Below are positions 11,218 through 24,157 of a stretch of DNA of 64,000 nucleotides, piece by piece. A program made the translations under genes and the position numbers. Below the pieces are notes generated by a model. The model saw only the letters and a list, made by a program, of their open reading frames with translations, was not told the DNA's origin and made no database searches. The DNA is from Macrostomum lignano (taxonomy: Eukaryota): contig NIVC01000222.1 of NCBI GenBank assembly GCA_002269645.1, positions 348,793 through 412,792 of the forward strand, given 5' to 3'. Each line of letters starts with the position of its first letter. Positions within the stretch are counted from its first letter, which is position 1.

Positions 11218-14200
11218 TCAAATGTCAATGCTGGTGCTGACAGAGGCGTGGTCGCTGAGACTATCGTCCATCCAGCTGGGCTGGTAGGACCCCAGCGAGC
11301 CGCTGGACAACTGGGCCGCTAGGCGTCGCTCGCTATCGGTTATGTGACCGCCCACGTCGCCCAGGCTGCCTCGGCCAGTGAAAGATGCGTCAGGCGTCAC
11401 CTGAGTCGGCTCCGAGACGGCGCCTGTCGCGTTGCTACCCGGAGTGAATGGTTGCTGAGGCTGCTGCAGTCGGCGGCCAGCCCTGTGAGCTGGACTGCCT
11501 CCGTTCGCTGGCAGCGGGGGCTTCTTGGGCGAGCTGGGACCCGAGGCAGATGCAGTGAGCTGCGAGTTTGAGGTGTTGACAATGATTATTAATATGCATG
11601 CCTACATGTACGCACGCCCCAACTCCTGCCCCAAATGTACGCACGGCCCAACTCCGGCCCCAATTGTACGCACGCCCCAACTCCTGCCCCAAATGTACGC
11701 ACGGCCCAACTCCTGCCCTAAATGTACGCACGGCCCAACTCCTGCCCCGAATGTACGCACAGCCCAACTCTTGCCCCAAATGTAGACACGCTCCAATTCC
11801 TTCCCCAAGTGTACGCACGCCTCAACTCCTGCCCCAAATGTACGCAGGCCCAACTCCTGTCCCAAATGTACGCACGCCCCAACTCCTGCCACAAATGTAG
11901 ATACGCCTAAACTCCTGCCCCAAATATATGCACGGCCCAACTCTTGCCCCAAATGTAGACACGCTCCAATTCCTTCCCCAAGTGTACGCACGCCCCAATT
12001 CCTTCCCCAAGTGTACGCACGCCCCAACTCCTGCCCCAAATGTACGCAGGCCCAACTCCTGTCCCAAATGTACGCACGGCATAACTCCGGCCCCAATTGT
12101 ACGCACGCCCCAACTCCTGCCCCAAATGTACGCAGGCCCAACTCCTGTCCCAAATGTACGCACGCCCCAACTCCTGCCACAAATGTAGATACGCCTAAAC
12201 TCCTGCCCCAAATGTATGCACGCCCCAACTCCTGCCACAAATGTATGCACGGCCCAACTCCTGCCACAAATGTATGCACGGCCCAACTCCTGCCCCAAAT
12301 GTATGCACGCCCCAACTCCTGCCACAAATGTATGCACGCCCCAACTCCTGCCCCAAATGTACGCAGGCCCAACTCCGGCCCCAATTGTACGCACGGCATA
12401 ACTCCTGCCACAAATGTACGCAGGCCCAACTCCGGCCCCAATTGTACGCAGGCCCAACTCCTGCCCCAAATGTATGCACGCCCCAACTCCTGCCACAAAT
12501 GTATGCACGCCCCAACTCCTGCCCCAAATGTACGCAGGCCCAACTCCGGCCCCAATTGTACGCACGGCCCAACTCCTGCCCCAAATGTACGCAGGCCCAA
12601 CTCCTGCCCCAAATGTATGCACGCCCCAACTCCTGCCACAAATGTATGCACGCCCCAACTCCTGCCCCAAATGTACGCAGGCCCAACTCCGGCCCCAATT
12701 GTACGCAGGCCCAACTCCTGCCACAAATGTACGCAGGCCCAACTCCGGCCCCAATTGTACGCACGCCCCAACTCCTGCCACAAATGTATGCACGGCCCAA
12801 CTCTTGCCCCGAATGTAGAGACGCTCCAATTCCTTCCCGAAGTGTACGCACGCCTCAAAGCCCGACTAAAATGTCTAACCTGCCAATCGGATGAGCCCTC
12901 GGCTCTGTAGCTCGATAGAGGCTTCTGCTGTTCCTGCTCTTCCTTCTGCTGCCGCTGCTGCTGACCTGGACTTGACCGCCGACCCGCTGACTGTGACTCA
13001 TCACCGCCGCTAACAGTCGCCACCGAGTCTTCGGATCGCTGCAGAGCCAACGGTGGAACCGATGACGGCGGCGGCGGCTGATGCTGTTTCTGCTCAGGCT
13101 CCGAAGCTGCCGAAGTCATCGACGTAGCTGAAGTACCCGTAGTGGTTGCCATGGTCTCCTTCGGGGTCAGGCGAAGACGCGGTTTCGCCTGCGGCTGCGG
13201 CCGCTGCTGCGACTGGGTCGGCTGAGGCGGCTGCGACGCCGGCACCGGAGCGGGCGACTTCGTCGAAGGTTGAGGACGAACTGCTGATGGGGCGCTGCGG
13301 TGCACAGCCGATCGGTTCTGGGTGGGCTAGAAAATGGGTTGGTGACGGGTACCAGATTAGTTTTTAAGCAAAATTTAGACACTTCAAAAGCAACCAACAA
13401 GAAGCATCGCATCTCGACTCACCGCTTTTTTGGTTGAACGCGAACCATCGCCACCTGTTGACAGTGTGGCTGCCGGTTTTTGCTGCCCTTCCAGCTGCTG
13501 CTGTTGCTGCTGCAGCTCAGCCAGAGCAGCCGGGTTGTGCTTTGCCAACCGTCTGACGCAGGTAGCCGTCAGTCCGAACTGCAGTCGAGTGGTTGGAGAT
13601 CCTCTGTACCGAGGCGCCTCACGAATCCAAGACCGGCTGGCGGGCACCGTCGGCTGCTGCGTGAGGCCCGGATGTCGATGCGGATGCGTCGTCGACAAGC
13701 TCTGACCGTCGTGCAGTCGTTGCAGGAACAGCTGCTCTGGTGGCGCGAACTCCCGACGTCGATCCGGTGTCTGATTGGGCCGCTGCCGAGCCAGGCTGGT
13801 CAGCGAGACCGAACGGCCCAGGCGGATTCTGCGCTCGTCGCTGTCTTCATCGCTCCAATCGTCATCGGGGCGGTTGTTTGCCACAGAGTCGCCGGCGCTG
13901 CGTCGGCGGTGCCTCGGGGGCAGCGGTCGGGGCAGAAACCTCAGGCTCTGCGGCGGCTGAACGTAATGGGTTGCTGGTGAGAGTCTCCGTGCGAGATCGA
14001 ATACACTCTTATTATTTCACTGATGAGACTCTCACTGTGATCGATGAGACTCGATCCTTAGTTCACTGACTCACACTGAGAGTAAAGAGACTCTCACACT
14101 GAGAGTAAAGAGACTCTCACACTGAGAGTAAAGAGACTCTCACACTGAGAGTAAAGAGACTCTCACGCTGAGAATCAAAAGACTCTCACACTCAGAATCA

Positions 14201-15815
14201 AAAGACTCTCACACTGAGAATGAAGAGACTCTCACACTGAGAATCAAAAGACTCTCACACTGAGAATGAAGAGACTCTCACACTGAGAATGAAGAGACTC
14301 TCTCACACTGAGAGTAAACAGACTCTCACACCGAGACTGAAAAGACTCTCTCGCTGTCAATCCATAACTAAGATCTGAATTCTATCTCACTTTTCTCGAC
14401 TCTCTCCCGCCGCCATCTCCGCCAGTGCTGCTGTACTTTTTCTTCTGACTGCTTGCAGCAGGAGCAGCAGGAGCAGCGGCATCTTCGGCACCAGCAGCTG
14501 CTGTGTCCGCCTGGCCGCTCAGAGCCAGCAGTTCGGACAGAATGCCGTGCAGCAGGGGCATCCGGCCCTGCTGAATCTGCCGACGAGTGTGCAGTGCCAG
14601 AGCGGCTTCTGGTGGGCCCTGGGATGACAGAAAAACGATTATTATGGTCTTAACCCCTCACCTTCATCAGCTTCCAGCCTCTGACCTGCATCAGCTCCCA
14701 GACTCTCACCTTCATCAGCTCCCAGCCTCTCACCTGCATCAGATCCCAGCCTCTCACCTGCATCAGCTCCCAGCCTCTCACCTGCATCAGATCCCTGCCT
14801 CTCACCTGCATCAGCTCCCAGCCTCTCACCTGCATCATCTCCCAGCCTCTCACCTGCATCAGATCCCGGCTTCTCACCTGCATCAGATCCCTGCCTCTCA
14901 CCTGCATCAGATCCCAGCCTCTCACCTGCATCAGCTCCCAGCCTCTCACCTTCATCAGCTCCCAGCCTCTCACCTGCATCAGATCCCAGCCTCTCACCTG
15001 CATCAGCTCCCAGCCTCTCACCTGCATCAGATCCCTGCCTATCACCTGCATCAGCTCCCAGCCTCTCATCTGCATCAGATCCCAGCCTCTCACCTGCATC
15101 AGATCTCGGCTTCTCACCTGCATCAGATCCCAGCCTCTCACCTGCATCAGCTCCCAGCCTCTCACCTGCATCATCTCCCAGCCTCTCACCTACATCAAAT
15201 CTCGGCTTCTCACCTGCATCAGATCCCAGCCTCTCACCTGCATCAGCTCCCAGCCTCTCACCTGCATCATCTCCCAGCCTCTCACCTGCATCAGATCCCA
15301 GCCTCTCACCTGCATCAGCTCCCAGCCTCTCACCTGCATCATCTCCCAGCCTCTCACCTGCATCAGATCCCAGCCTCTCACCTGCATCAGCTCCCAGCCT
15401 CTCACCTGCATCAGCTCCCAGCCTCTCACCTGCATCAGATCCCGGCTTCTCACCTGCATCAGATCCCAGCCTCTCACCTGCATCAGCTCCCAGCCTCTCA
15501 CCGGCATCATCTCCCAGCCTCTCACCTGCATCTGTTTCTGTGTCAGCTTGCGTACAACTTCCTCATATTTGACGTCCTCCACTGACTTCGCAGCATTTTT
15601 CTTTTTCTTAGTCTGCTTTGCTTCTTGCTGCTTTTGTTGTTGCTGCTTTTTCTGGCCCAACGACTGAGTCTGCTTTTTCTGCTGTCGCTTCTGTTGTGTC
15701 TGTTGCTTGGTTGCGCTGGTCCAGGGCAGGCCGCCCTTTTTAGGAATTTGTCTGGCTCTGCATGGCAACGCGTTGACAACGAGAGGGCAACTTATTCGCT
15801 TGTTCATAATGGCTT

Positions 15816-15883
<68 letters not shown>

Positions 15884-15886
15884 CTA

Positions 15887-15939
<53 letters not shown>

Positions 15940-17526
15940 GGCAGACAGGCAGACAGACAGACAGGCAGACAGGCAGACAGACTCGCTAACAGCTCACCTG
16001 CTATTATAAAACATGGGCGGGGGCTGCAGCGGTCCGCAGCCGGCATCCCTGAACACCGCCGAAGCTGCCAGCGCCTCGGCCTCGGCCGCCTCCGCCGCCG
16101 CCGCTGCCAAATCGTTGATGTCGCCAAATTTGGCGTCGGGCATCTCGTCGACAATTTCTTCTTCGTCATTATTCTCGTCGTCGTGGACATCCTCGAGCCA
16201 GACTCTGTCACTATCGGCGTCCTTGACAGCGTCCTGCTCAGGCACCGGGAACGGGTACTGAGTGCCGCGGCTCCTGCCGGCTTCCGAAGTTTGCGTTGCT
16301 GCTGCCGTTGCCAGGGCCTCGGTGACCGCGGCGGCCTTCGAAATTGAGCGAGTGGCGGGTTGGTGTGACATTATTTTATTCAAATTTATGGGACCGTTTT
16401 AACTGGAACTACAGGGAAGAACGCCGAGAGGCACACCTTGGAAGTAGACGAAGGCGCTTCAACGGGCGCCTGAGCTGGCAGGTGAGCGGCCACGCTGGGG
16501 CCCAAGCTGGCCAGTCTGACCTTCGCTGTCATTAGGCCAACCTCGTGACCCATCAGGCTGAGAAGGCCGAACACGCCGCTCAGTTCCCTGGATTGGTCGG
16601 GCGGTATTGATAAAAATACGGATTAAATACGAACTGACAGGCAATCAATTATTTAGTTACAGGGGTCATAGGTTTCTTATTGGTCACAGGTACTATGAAA
16701 TTGGTCAAATATATCATACAATAGGTCACAGGTTATTTCACAACTGGTCACAGTTTATCACACAATTGGTCACAGGGTATCACACAGTCAATCGGTCACG
16801 GGGCTTCACACATAGGTCACGGGGTGTCACACATAAGTCACGGGGTGTCACACCATCGGTCACATGTATCACACAATCGGTCACATGTATCACACAATCG
16901 GTCTCATGTATCAAACAATCGGTCCCAGGGTATCACACAATTGGTCACATGTATCACACAATTGGTTACGGGGTGTCACGCAATCGGTCACAGGTATCAC
17001 ACAATCGGTCACATGTATCACACAATTTGTCACTGGTGCCACTCTCTAGCCAAAATTACCTGGTCACGGGCACGCCAACTCCGTGCTTGGCCTGATGCTG
17101 CAGCACCTCCTGGGCGAGGCCATCCAACGCCAGACTGCAGACTGCCGCCAGCTTCGGTGGCTGATGATAGGCATCAACCAAGAAGATGTACATCGGCACA
17201 GCGGACAGGCACTTCGCCAATCTGTCTGGCGGCATTCGAAACAGCGCCGATTTTCCGCGACGAATTCTTATGTTACCGTCGGAGTCTCGCAGCTCGTCCA
17301 GCTGGCTTCGTCGCTGACCGCCAGTTGCCCTCTCGTAGTCGGCGATGGCTCGACGAAGGCTGGCAGCTGCGGGGCCCTGCGGACACTCGCTGAGGCGCTG
17401 GGTGCCAAAGTCCAAAAGTTTGAAAAGAGTGGTAGGGAACAGGCAGTCTGCGCTGGGGCTCAACCGGATTCGATCAATGTACAGTTCCACTGAGAATAGC
17501 GAATCAACAGATGTGGCAGAGGGCAT
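11218..17526 (-). CDS. MAP10: Microtubule-associated protein 10 (KIAA1383/MTR120)-like, 8 exons, about 930 aa
   Basis: Exons 17526-17060, 16587-16437, 16335-15998, 15757-15526, 14618-14391, about 14007-13423 (acceptor uncertain), 13326-12880, 11559-11218; all GT-AG with consistent phases. The motifs LFSVELYIDRIRL, FKLLDFGT, IRRGKSALFRM, MPLLHGILSELLAL and LQFGLTATCVRRLAKHNP match remembered MAP10 motifs (LFSLELLVDWVRL, FRLLDFPT, FGRGKSCLFRL, LPLLNALLVELSLL, LRYGLTNTLRLRLKKTNP). Confidence 0.85.
11605..12865. repeat. About 30-bp intronic minisatellite (CCAAATGTACGCACGGCCCAACTCCTGCC-type) in the last MAP10 intron
   Basis: Direct reading; intron 12879-11560. Confidence 0.95.
14030..14345. repeat. 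23-bp intronic minisatellite (CTCACACTGAGAGTAAAGAGACT)n
   Basis: Direct reading. Confidence 0.9.
14657..15530 (-). repeat. 24-bp minisatellite; most units contain a CAG|GTGAGA splice-donor motif
   Basis: The sense-strand unit GTGAGAGGCTGGGAGCTGATGCAG begins exactly at the MAP10 exon 4 donor (15525); about 36 units. Confidence 0.95.
15820..15982. repeat. (GACA)n microsatellite in a MAP10 intron
   Basis: Direct reading. Confidence 0.95.
16680..17035. repeat. About 21-bp degenerate minisatellite (TATCACACAATCGGTCACATG) in MAP10 intron 1
   Basis: Direct reading. Confidence 0.85.
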
Positions 17527-20292
17527 GGTTGCTAAGGTGATTTTCTTGTTGAGCGACTCAAACTTACAGTTGCTGTAATGTCAAACAAAGAAATTTTACA
17601 AAATTTATAAAAATCAACAAATGGATTGGAAACTATTCTTTTGCTCATGATTTTTGGCTAATGAAATAACAGAATTTACACCAGTGTCTATATATATTTT
17701 AATATACAAAATATAATAGACAGATACTGTAAATCTGCCTTCTAATTATTTGATTTTTTATTGTAAAAAACTATTGAGTAATTTATTATCCCCTGAAACA
17801 TCTAGTTATAACTGCAGTTCAAGTGAAACAAAATATAAGAGGCTAGACATATGGATATTAGTATAGTTTCTATTAAGTAGATCCAAAATGTACATACAGA
17901 AAGCAAATTAATAAACTATATTAATGCAATCAATTTGTATTGCACAATTAAGTTAATTAAGTTTTAAAAAATGATTTATTTGGATCCAATGAGACAAACA
18001 GCTATAACCAGTGTTGAAAGCTAAAAAATTGCATAAAATATTATTTAGCTATATGAATATATGGTCAATTGTGACTTTGTTAAATACATTTTAGTTCATA
18101 TAGGATAGAAATTCCTTTTTCTGGCTATAAACCTTTGACTGAGCTTACAGCTTTGTTAAATTGTTTTATTTTTCAATTATCACATGCTGAAAAACTGAAA
18201 AATAAATTAAATCAATGTAAATAAGTTTAAAAGTAAATATGTCATAAAATGCTTCACAAAAAAATTTAGGAAGTTCCTGATCCATAACGAATGATTTTCG
18301 ATAATATTTTTGTCTGAGTAGGAAGATTGCTATGGGGTCACAAAAAACTGCTTTAAATTCAGTGCTTTACAGTGTTATTCTCAGGTTACGCCTGCTGTTC
18401 GATTAATTAATAACGAAAAATTATTTTCAAAGCTCATCCATCCATAGAATAGCGAAATTATCAACTACTTTATGACAAGCTAAAACATTGATTAAATATT
18501 CAAATCTGCTTTTTGTTTTCTGTTTTTAAAAAACCAAAAAAATTCTGCTGCCATCTGACATCACATCTCAGACCAGGAAGTGAACAAAGTATGGTCTTGA
18601 ATGTCGCCGATTTGTCGAAAATATGACCGTTCAAAAAACCATTAAATGAGTCTGTAACAACATAAGGAGTTTTAACAAAATTACAACCATAATTTCGATA
18701 TGATTGCGACAGATTCTATATGTTTTTAATTCGCTTAAAAGCTGTACTGTCTGCTTAAATCTTCTGACCGAGTTTCTTAAGTTAATTTAAAAAAAACAAG
18801 CATGCATTATGCTTGCATGATAAGCTGGCCTAAACGACTCATCAGACCCAACTTCATATATGTGAGGGTTTCACGACAGATATTCAGACAGACATTCAAA
18901 ACGATCGTCTTTAACTTTAAACAAAATTGACCCGCTTCAACCGTCTTTTTGACAAATATTTACGCAAGTGTTGGGCCCAAGTGTTGTCTTTATCCGTGTT
19001 GGACCCAGTGGTCCTTGACTGGACCACTGGGTGGTCCTTGACAGTGGTCCTTGACTTGCAAAACATGAAAATTTCTCAATTGTCCAGCATATTGAAGCGG
19101 TTAATATTTGTCTAACTGTCTAGTAGTTCACGTCCCTTTTAATATACAGGCACGAGATATTAAACATTGTTCTTGGGCCGCTTTAAATTACGAGTATAAA
19201 CCTTCGGGAGCAACAACAGTGGAGATTAACACGCATCCAGTCCAACCAGCCAATCGTGCTTAGAGGACCAGGTTTTAAGGCCTCGATATAGAGGCCTACA
19301 TGTATATCGGTGCGTCCAGCCTGCTCAGACTGTCCAGACTGATATTACGAGCTACATGTACATGTTCGACGATTAACAAATTCTTATCCGGATAAAAGGA
19401 ACCAAATTGAGAGCAGGCAAAAATATGCCTCCTCGGTCTGAATTCAACTAACCCTTAATTAGCTCATAAATTCTGCTGTTGTCCAGTTTGTCTTCATCCG
19501 TCTGCAACAACCGATAAAAACGCAATTTATAACCACAAGCTCAGAGCCTATATCTTCTGTAGAACATACTTCTCTTTTTATAAAGACAACTAGCTGCTGA
19601 TGTTATTAGCGTTTCATAGTAAACGACGCGGGACCATGCAGTCATTTACAAGGCTCCTGATTTGATTATTCACCTCCATACAATGCATTTACAGTGCATG
19701 GATTAGATTGCACCATAGGCAGTTTCATGTACATGCCTATGCAGAAATACCTGACATTTAATAGGGCATCTTGCTGGGAAGTAAGAGCATAAAATTTTAC
19801 ATTGTACATCTACTTGTATATTCGGCCTGCGAAAAACTTTTACAATTGTTCACAATTGTTCTTAAAATCGTTCTTTTGAAATTTTAGTCAACAGTTGCAT
19901 ATGGTGCTCCTATTTTTTGGTTTTATCTCGGGAAAGAATTGCTACACATAGCAATCACTCTTTAACACTGGCCTTAAGTAAGATAAGGCTTAAGCCCAAG
20001 GCTAGTTTATTTGAAATTGTGTCCATGAGCAGTTGTGCACAGCCTCGCAGACAGCGTACTCAGGTGCGGTCAAACCTATCAAGTGGGGTAGTGGCAGTGG
20101 TGGATAGTAATTGCGCTCTTCCAGAGGCAACGCTACAAATGTGAAAACCCTCATTATCTTATGCTGAAAATGTGTCTCTGCTTTCAAATGAGGGTGTTTT
20201 AGCAAAGACATAAAGGCAGCTCATAGCCACAAGCGGTTTCATTTCGTAGTGCTAGCGTTTCATTCTCAATAAGCAACCCCGCACAGACAGCC

Positions 20293-23200
20293 ATGTCCTG
20301 CAACCAGGAGGCTTTCGTCATGCCCCAGGGCGAGAGCACTTTTGCCAAACGGGTGCGTTCAGAGATGTCCGACCCAGCCAAAGTGGAAGCGTTCGCCGCC
20401 TTGAAGCAGAATCTTCGCGACGTTTGGGTAGACGATTTTAATGACGACATCTATCTGTACAGATTTTTCAAGGCCAGACAGTTCGACCGCGTCCGGACTG
20501 AAGAAATGGTACGAAATCATTTGCGTTGGAGGAAAGAATACAAGGCTGATGACCTGCTGGCTAATGGAGGCTTCCAGGTAAGATTGAGATCCTAGAGGAA
20601 CATGTGCAATTTTATTATAGACCTGGAGGGTGTGACGTTTGCTTGGGGTGTGTCCATGCCTGATGTCCGGGTCGTTATGTCTCGCCTTTTGTCACCGTGA
20701 GGCGTGGCACTCCAATCTGAGGGCTGCAATTCTTGGGCCCTGCTGTCGCCGTAAGGCATGGAAGCCACACAAGCTGCAACCCGGAGAGAAGTTCACTTGG
20801 ATGTTGTTTAAGGATGTGCACCTGGGGGAGCTTTGTTTAAGCTGTGAGCTACGTACATGTAGCGGAAGGTACTGGACGAGACTTTTCGTCAATGTAAAAT
20901 TTTCGAGCTTTTGCGAAAGAGTCTTAATTGCTCCCACCGTACATCCGGTAAGCGTGTACCAATGTTTGTCCGTGGGCATGGGCATTATTTCCCCCCAACG
21001 ACCAATTAACCACTAGAAGGTCTTAATATTTAAAGAAACGCCCATCGATTAACCGCTCAGGAGGCCGAGGTGATCACCCGCTACTATGCCGGCGGCTTCT
21101 GCGGCGTGGACAAGGAGGGCCATCCAGTTTGGTACGAGCCGTCTGGCCTCATCGATCCGCAGGGCCTGGCCAGGTCAGTGACCAGAGAGCATCTGTTGCG
21201 CAGTCGGATTTACATCACCGAACGATTCGTGCGTCAAATTCTGCCAGAGATGCGTCGGAAGACCGGTCTGCCGCTCTACTCTTGCACTTTTGTGATTGAC
21301 CTGACCAACTACGGCCGGCGGCACCTGTGGGGCCCCGGCCTGGAATTCTATGCCGAGTTCGTGCAAATCTGCGAGCAGAACTATCCGGAAACAATCGGCA
21401 CTGCGTACATTGTCAATGCGCCGGCGATTTTTCCAATCGTCTTCAATCTGCTCAAACCGCTGCTACACGTCGAGACGCAGAAGAAGATCAAAGTGCTCGG
21501 AAGGAATTATAAACAGGTAAAATAGTTATAACATCTAATTTGTATTTAATTCTATGAACAGTACAAGGTGTAAGCAAATATATCCAGACTGTGAAGGGAA
21601 CAGGGTATATTATTAGAAAGTTAGTCAATAAAAATATTCGTAACTTCGTTGCTTTTTCAGCCCTGGGTGTTGATACGGAGATTATCCAGAAGTTTAGTTC
21701 AAACTCTGTAGCTAAGATTTTAGGTGAGGCCATTAAAATTTATTCAAACTTAGTAAACTGAATGGTACACGTCACATAAAGTTGTGGTTTCGATTCAAAA
21801 CTTGACCGGGACTTGGATAATTCTCGTCGACAGAGTACAGTGCGCTATGTGTTCAGTGTCTGACAAAGAGAAAGTCAGTGAAAATGAGAAACCTGTGTTA
21901 CGTGTTAACTGTGTAAATTTGCAGATCCTTCTCAATGCAATCGACGCTGATGAGCTGCCAAAAATTTTCGGCGGCAATCGCACTGACCCTGACGGAGATC
22001 CGCACTGTCGCTCAATGATCTGCTGGGGCGGCGACGTGCCCAAGCATTACTACTTGAAGCCGAATTATCCGGAACGACTGGTGTCGCAGAGCATCGGACG
22101 AAGATCTACGCACCGCGTTGAACTGAGTGTGCCACCGGCTCCCCAAGCGGGCCAGTGGTGCATCGAATGGGACTTTCTCACCGACGATGGAGATTTGGGA
22201 TTCGAGATTGTCAGCACTGACGATTCTGAGGTGAGAATGCATTACTATTACCATTAAGTGCTTAGAATTTGGGTCGTCTGGTGTGACCAAAGCGTCTTTA
22301 AGATAAAATCTGGTGTAAGGGATCCAGAGTGTCATTGTAGTGTCTCACTCAGTATCAAAGATTTAAACATTGGTTTGTTAATTGTAAAACATTGACAAAA
22401 TAAAGCATTGAGGGTGCAAAGCATCAAATCTGTGATGCATCGACGCCGACGGGTGTAAAGCATCGAGGGTGCAAAGCATTGAGGGTGCAAAGCATTGAGG
22501 GTGCAAAGCATTGAGGGTGCAAAGCATTGAGGGTGTAAAGCATCGAGGGTGCAAAGCATCGAGGGTGCAAAGCATCGAGGGTGCATAGCATCGAGGGTGT
22601 AACGTATCGAGGGAGTAACGAATCGAGGGTGCAAAGCATCGAGGGTGTAACGAATGGAGGGTGTATAGCATCGAGGGTGTAACGTATCGAGGGAGTAACG
22701 AATCGAGGGTGCAAAGCATCGAGGGTGTAACGAATGGAGGGTGTAAAGATAGTGGGTTGGACTAATTTATGGCATTGAGGTTTCAAACTATAATATATAA
22801 CAAGGGAGTGGAATATCGAGTAAGTGTGTGCAACATCGAGAATATAATACAATATTTTAAGAGAAGCACTAAAGATATGATATATTGGGGTTGCAGTATC
22901 GAGCAGGTTTAGAATGTAGGATCAATTAAGGATTAATTTAGGATCAAATTATCTACATGAAGCTGTGCCGTTAAAGAGAGGCTCACTCTACACACCCTAC
23001 GCAGAGTGAGCCACTGGTCGGCTACCGAAGAGTCCACTGCGGCATCTGCCCCTGCTCAGGCGCGGTGGCCTGTCCGCAGTCAGCCGACAGCAGGAAGTAC
23101 ACAGTCTGCTTCGACAATGCGTTCAGTAGGATTCGCTCGAAACGATTGCGCTACTTTGTGCACGTCACCGACAAGCCAATCGCCGCCCTGATGGACACCG

Positions 23201-23322
23201 ACAGCTGCAGGACGGCGGCGGACCTCGCAGCGGGGGCCGATCCCGGCGCCGAAGCCTTCGAACGAAACCTGGAAGAGTTTGAGCGCTCGTCGGAGCAGGA
23301 CGGCGCTGTTGGGGGCGATTGA
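20293..23322 (+). CDS. SEC14L2: SEC14-like protein 2 family (CRAL-TRIO + GOLD lipid-binding protein), 4 exons, 454 aa
   Basis: Exons 20293-20577, 21061-21516, 21925-22230, 23005-23322, all phase 0 and GT-AG. Motifs: DDIYLYRFFKARQFD, YYAGGFCGVDKEGHPVWY, EQNYPETIG...VNAPAIFPIVFNLLKPLL, FGGNRTDPDGDPHC, WDFLTDDGDLGF, YTVCFDNAFSRIRSKRL. Confidence 0.93.
22405..22748. repeat. 16-bp intronic minisatellite (CATCGAGGGTGCAAAG)n
   Basis: Direct reading; SEC14 intron 3. Confidence 0.92.
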
Positions 23323-24157
23323 CGTCCAGATCAGGGCAATTCGTCAGCCGAGCTATTTTTTTCAAACCTTCTGCAATAACTATTTGCCAACATGGAGCAA
23401 TATGCATGTATAGCACTTGAAGTCAATTTTAAAGTAGAATGTTTCGGTCGGTCTTGAGCGTATTCGACTCGTTGCTGGTTACGCGTCTTTCTCGTATCAT
23501 TTCTATTCAGAAATTATGTCAAAATTAATGACGAAATATCCAAGGCAGGGGCGCGTAGCCATGGATTCCATAAAGTTGGTTTTTGTAATTGAAGTTTCGC
23601 GGAAAGTTTGCTTTTAACAATTAAGAAACACGTAGCAATCATTGGGACTTTAGAAACTGTTTATGGCTTTCTGTGTTGCCTCTCCTATGGGAAGGCCAGG
23701 ATTTCTACTAATTGTCAAGCAAGTTAAAAATAAATTAAAATTTAATACAGTCAAACGATGACTGGGTAAAATTTCTTGAAACACTTCGCTCAAAAATGAG
23801 ACTTACGTTTCTACTTTCCAACAAGGCACACAAATGGAGGCTGTACCAACGCACAAACTCAAGTGTATTACTTGTACTGAATCTGAGTACAACTCTGATG
23901 TTGTCTGGCATTGCGAATACGCGACATCTTAAGAGCATAAGTTTTGTATTAATGCAAAAATAACTGCAGTTGAGTGGCAACAATTGGCTACTTGTAAGTA
24001 GTTGCATGCGTTTTGACTTTCTTGACATAAAAATTTCCTCAAAAGCGAGGTTATGGAAAATAAGCATGGGCTGTTGCCAAGGTTTCATCACAGCTCATCA
24101 ATATCAGGCAGGGTCACCTGTTGAGTTTACCTTGATGAGAATATCCGTAAGCTTCAC

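Noticed and set aside
11602-12879. 567-aa ORF 11602-13305 and overlapping repeat ORFs as a repeat protein
   Set aside because: Only 13326-12880 is exon. A GT donor at 12879 and an AG at 11560 remove the minisatellite in frame.
20692-20985. 97-aa minus-strand ORF in SEC14 intron 1 as a nested gene or retroelement
   Set aside because: No recognisable motif or splice context.
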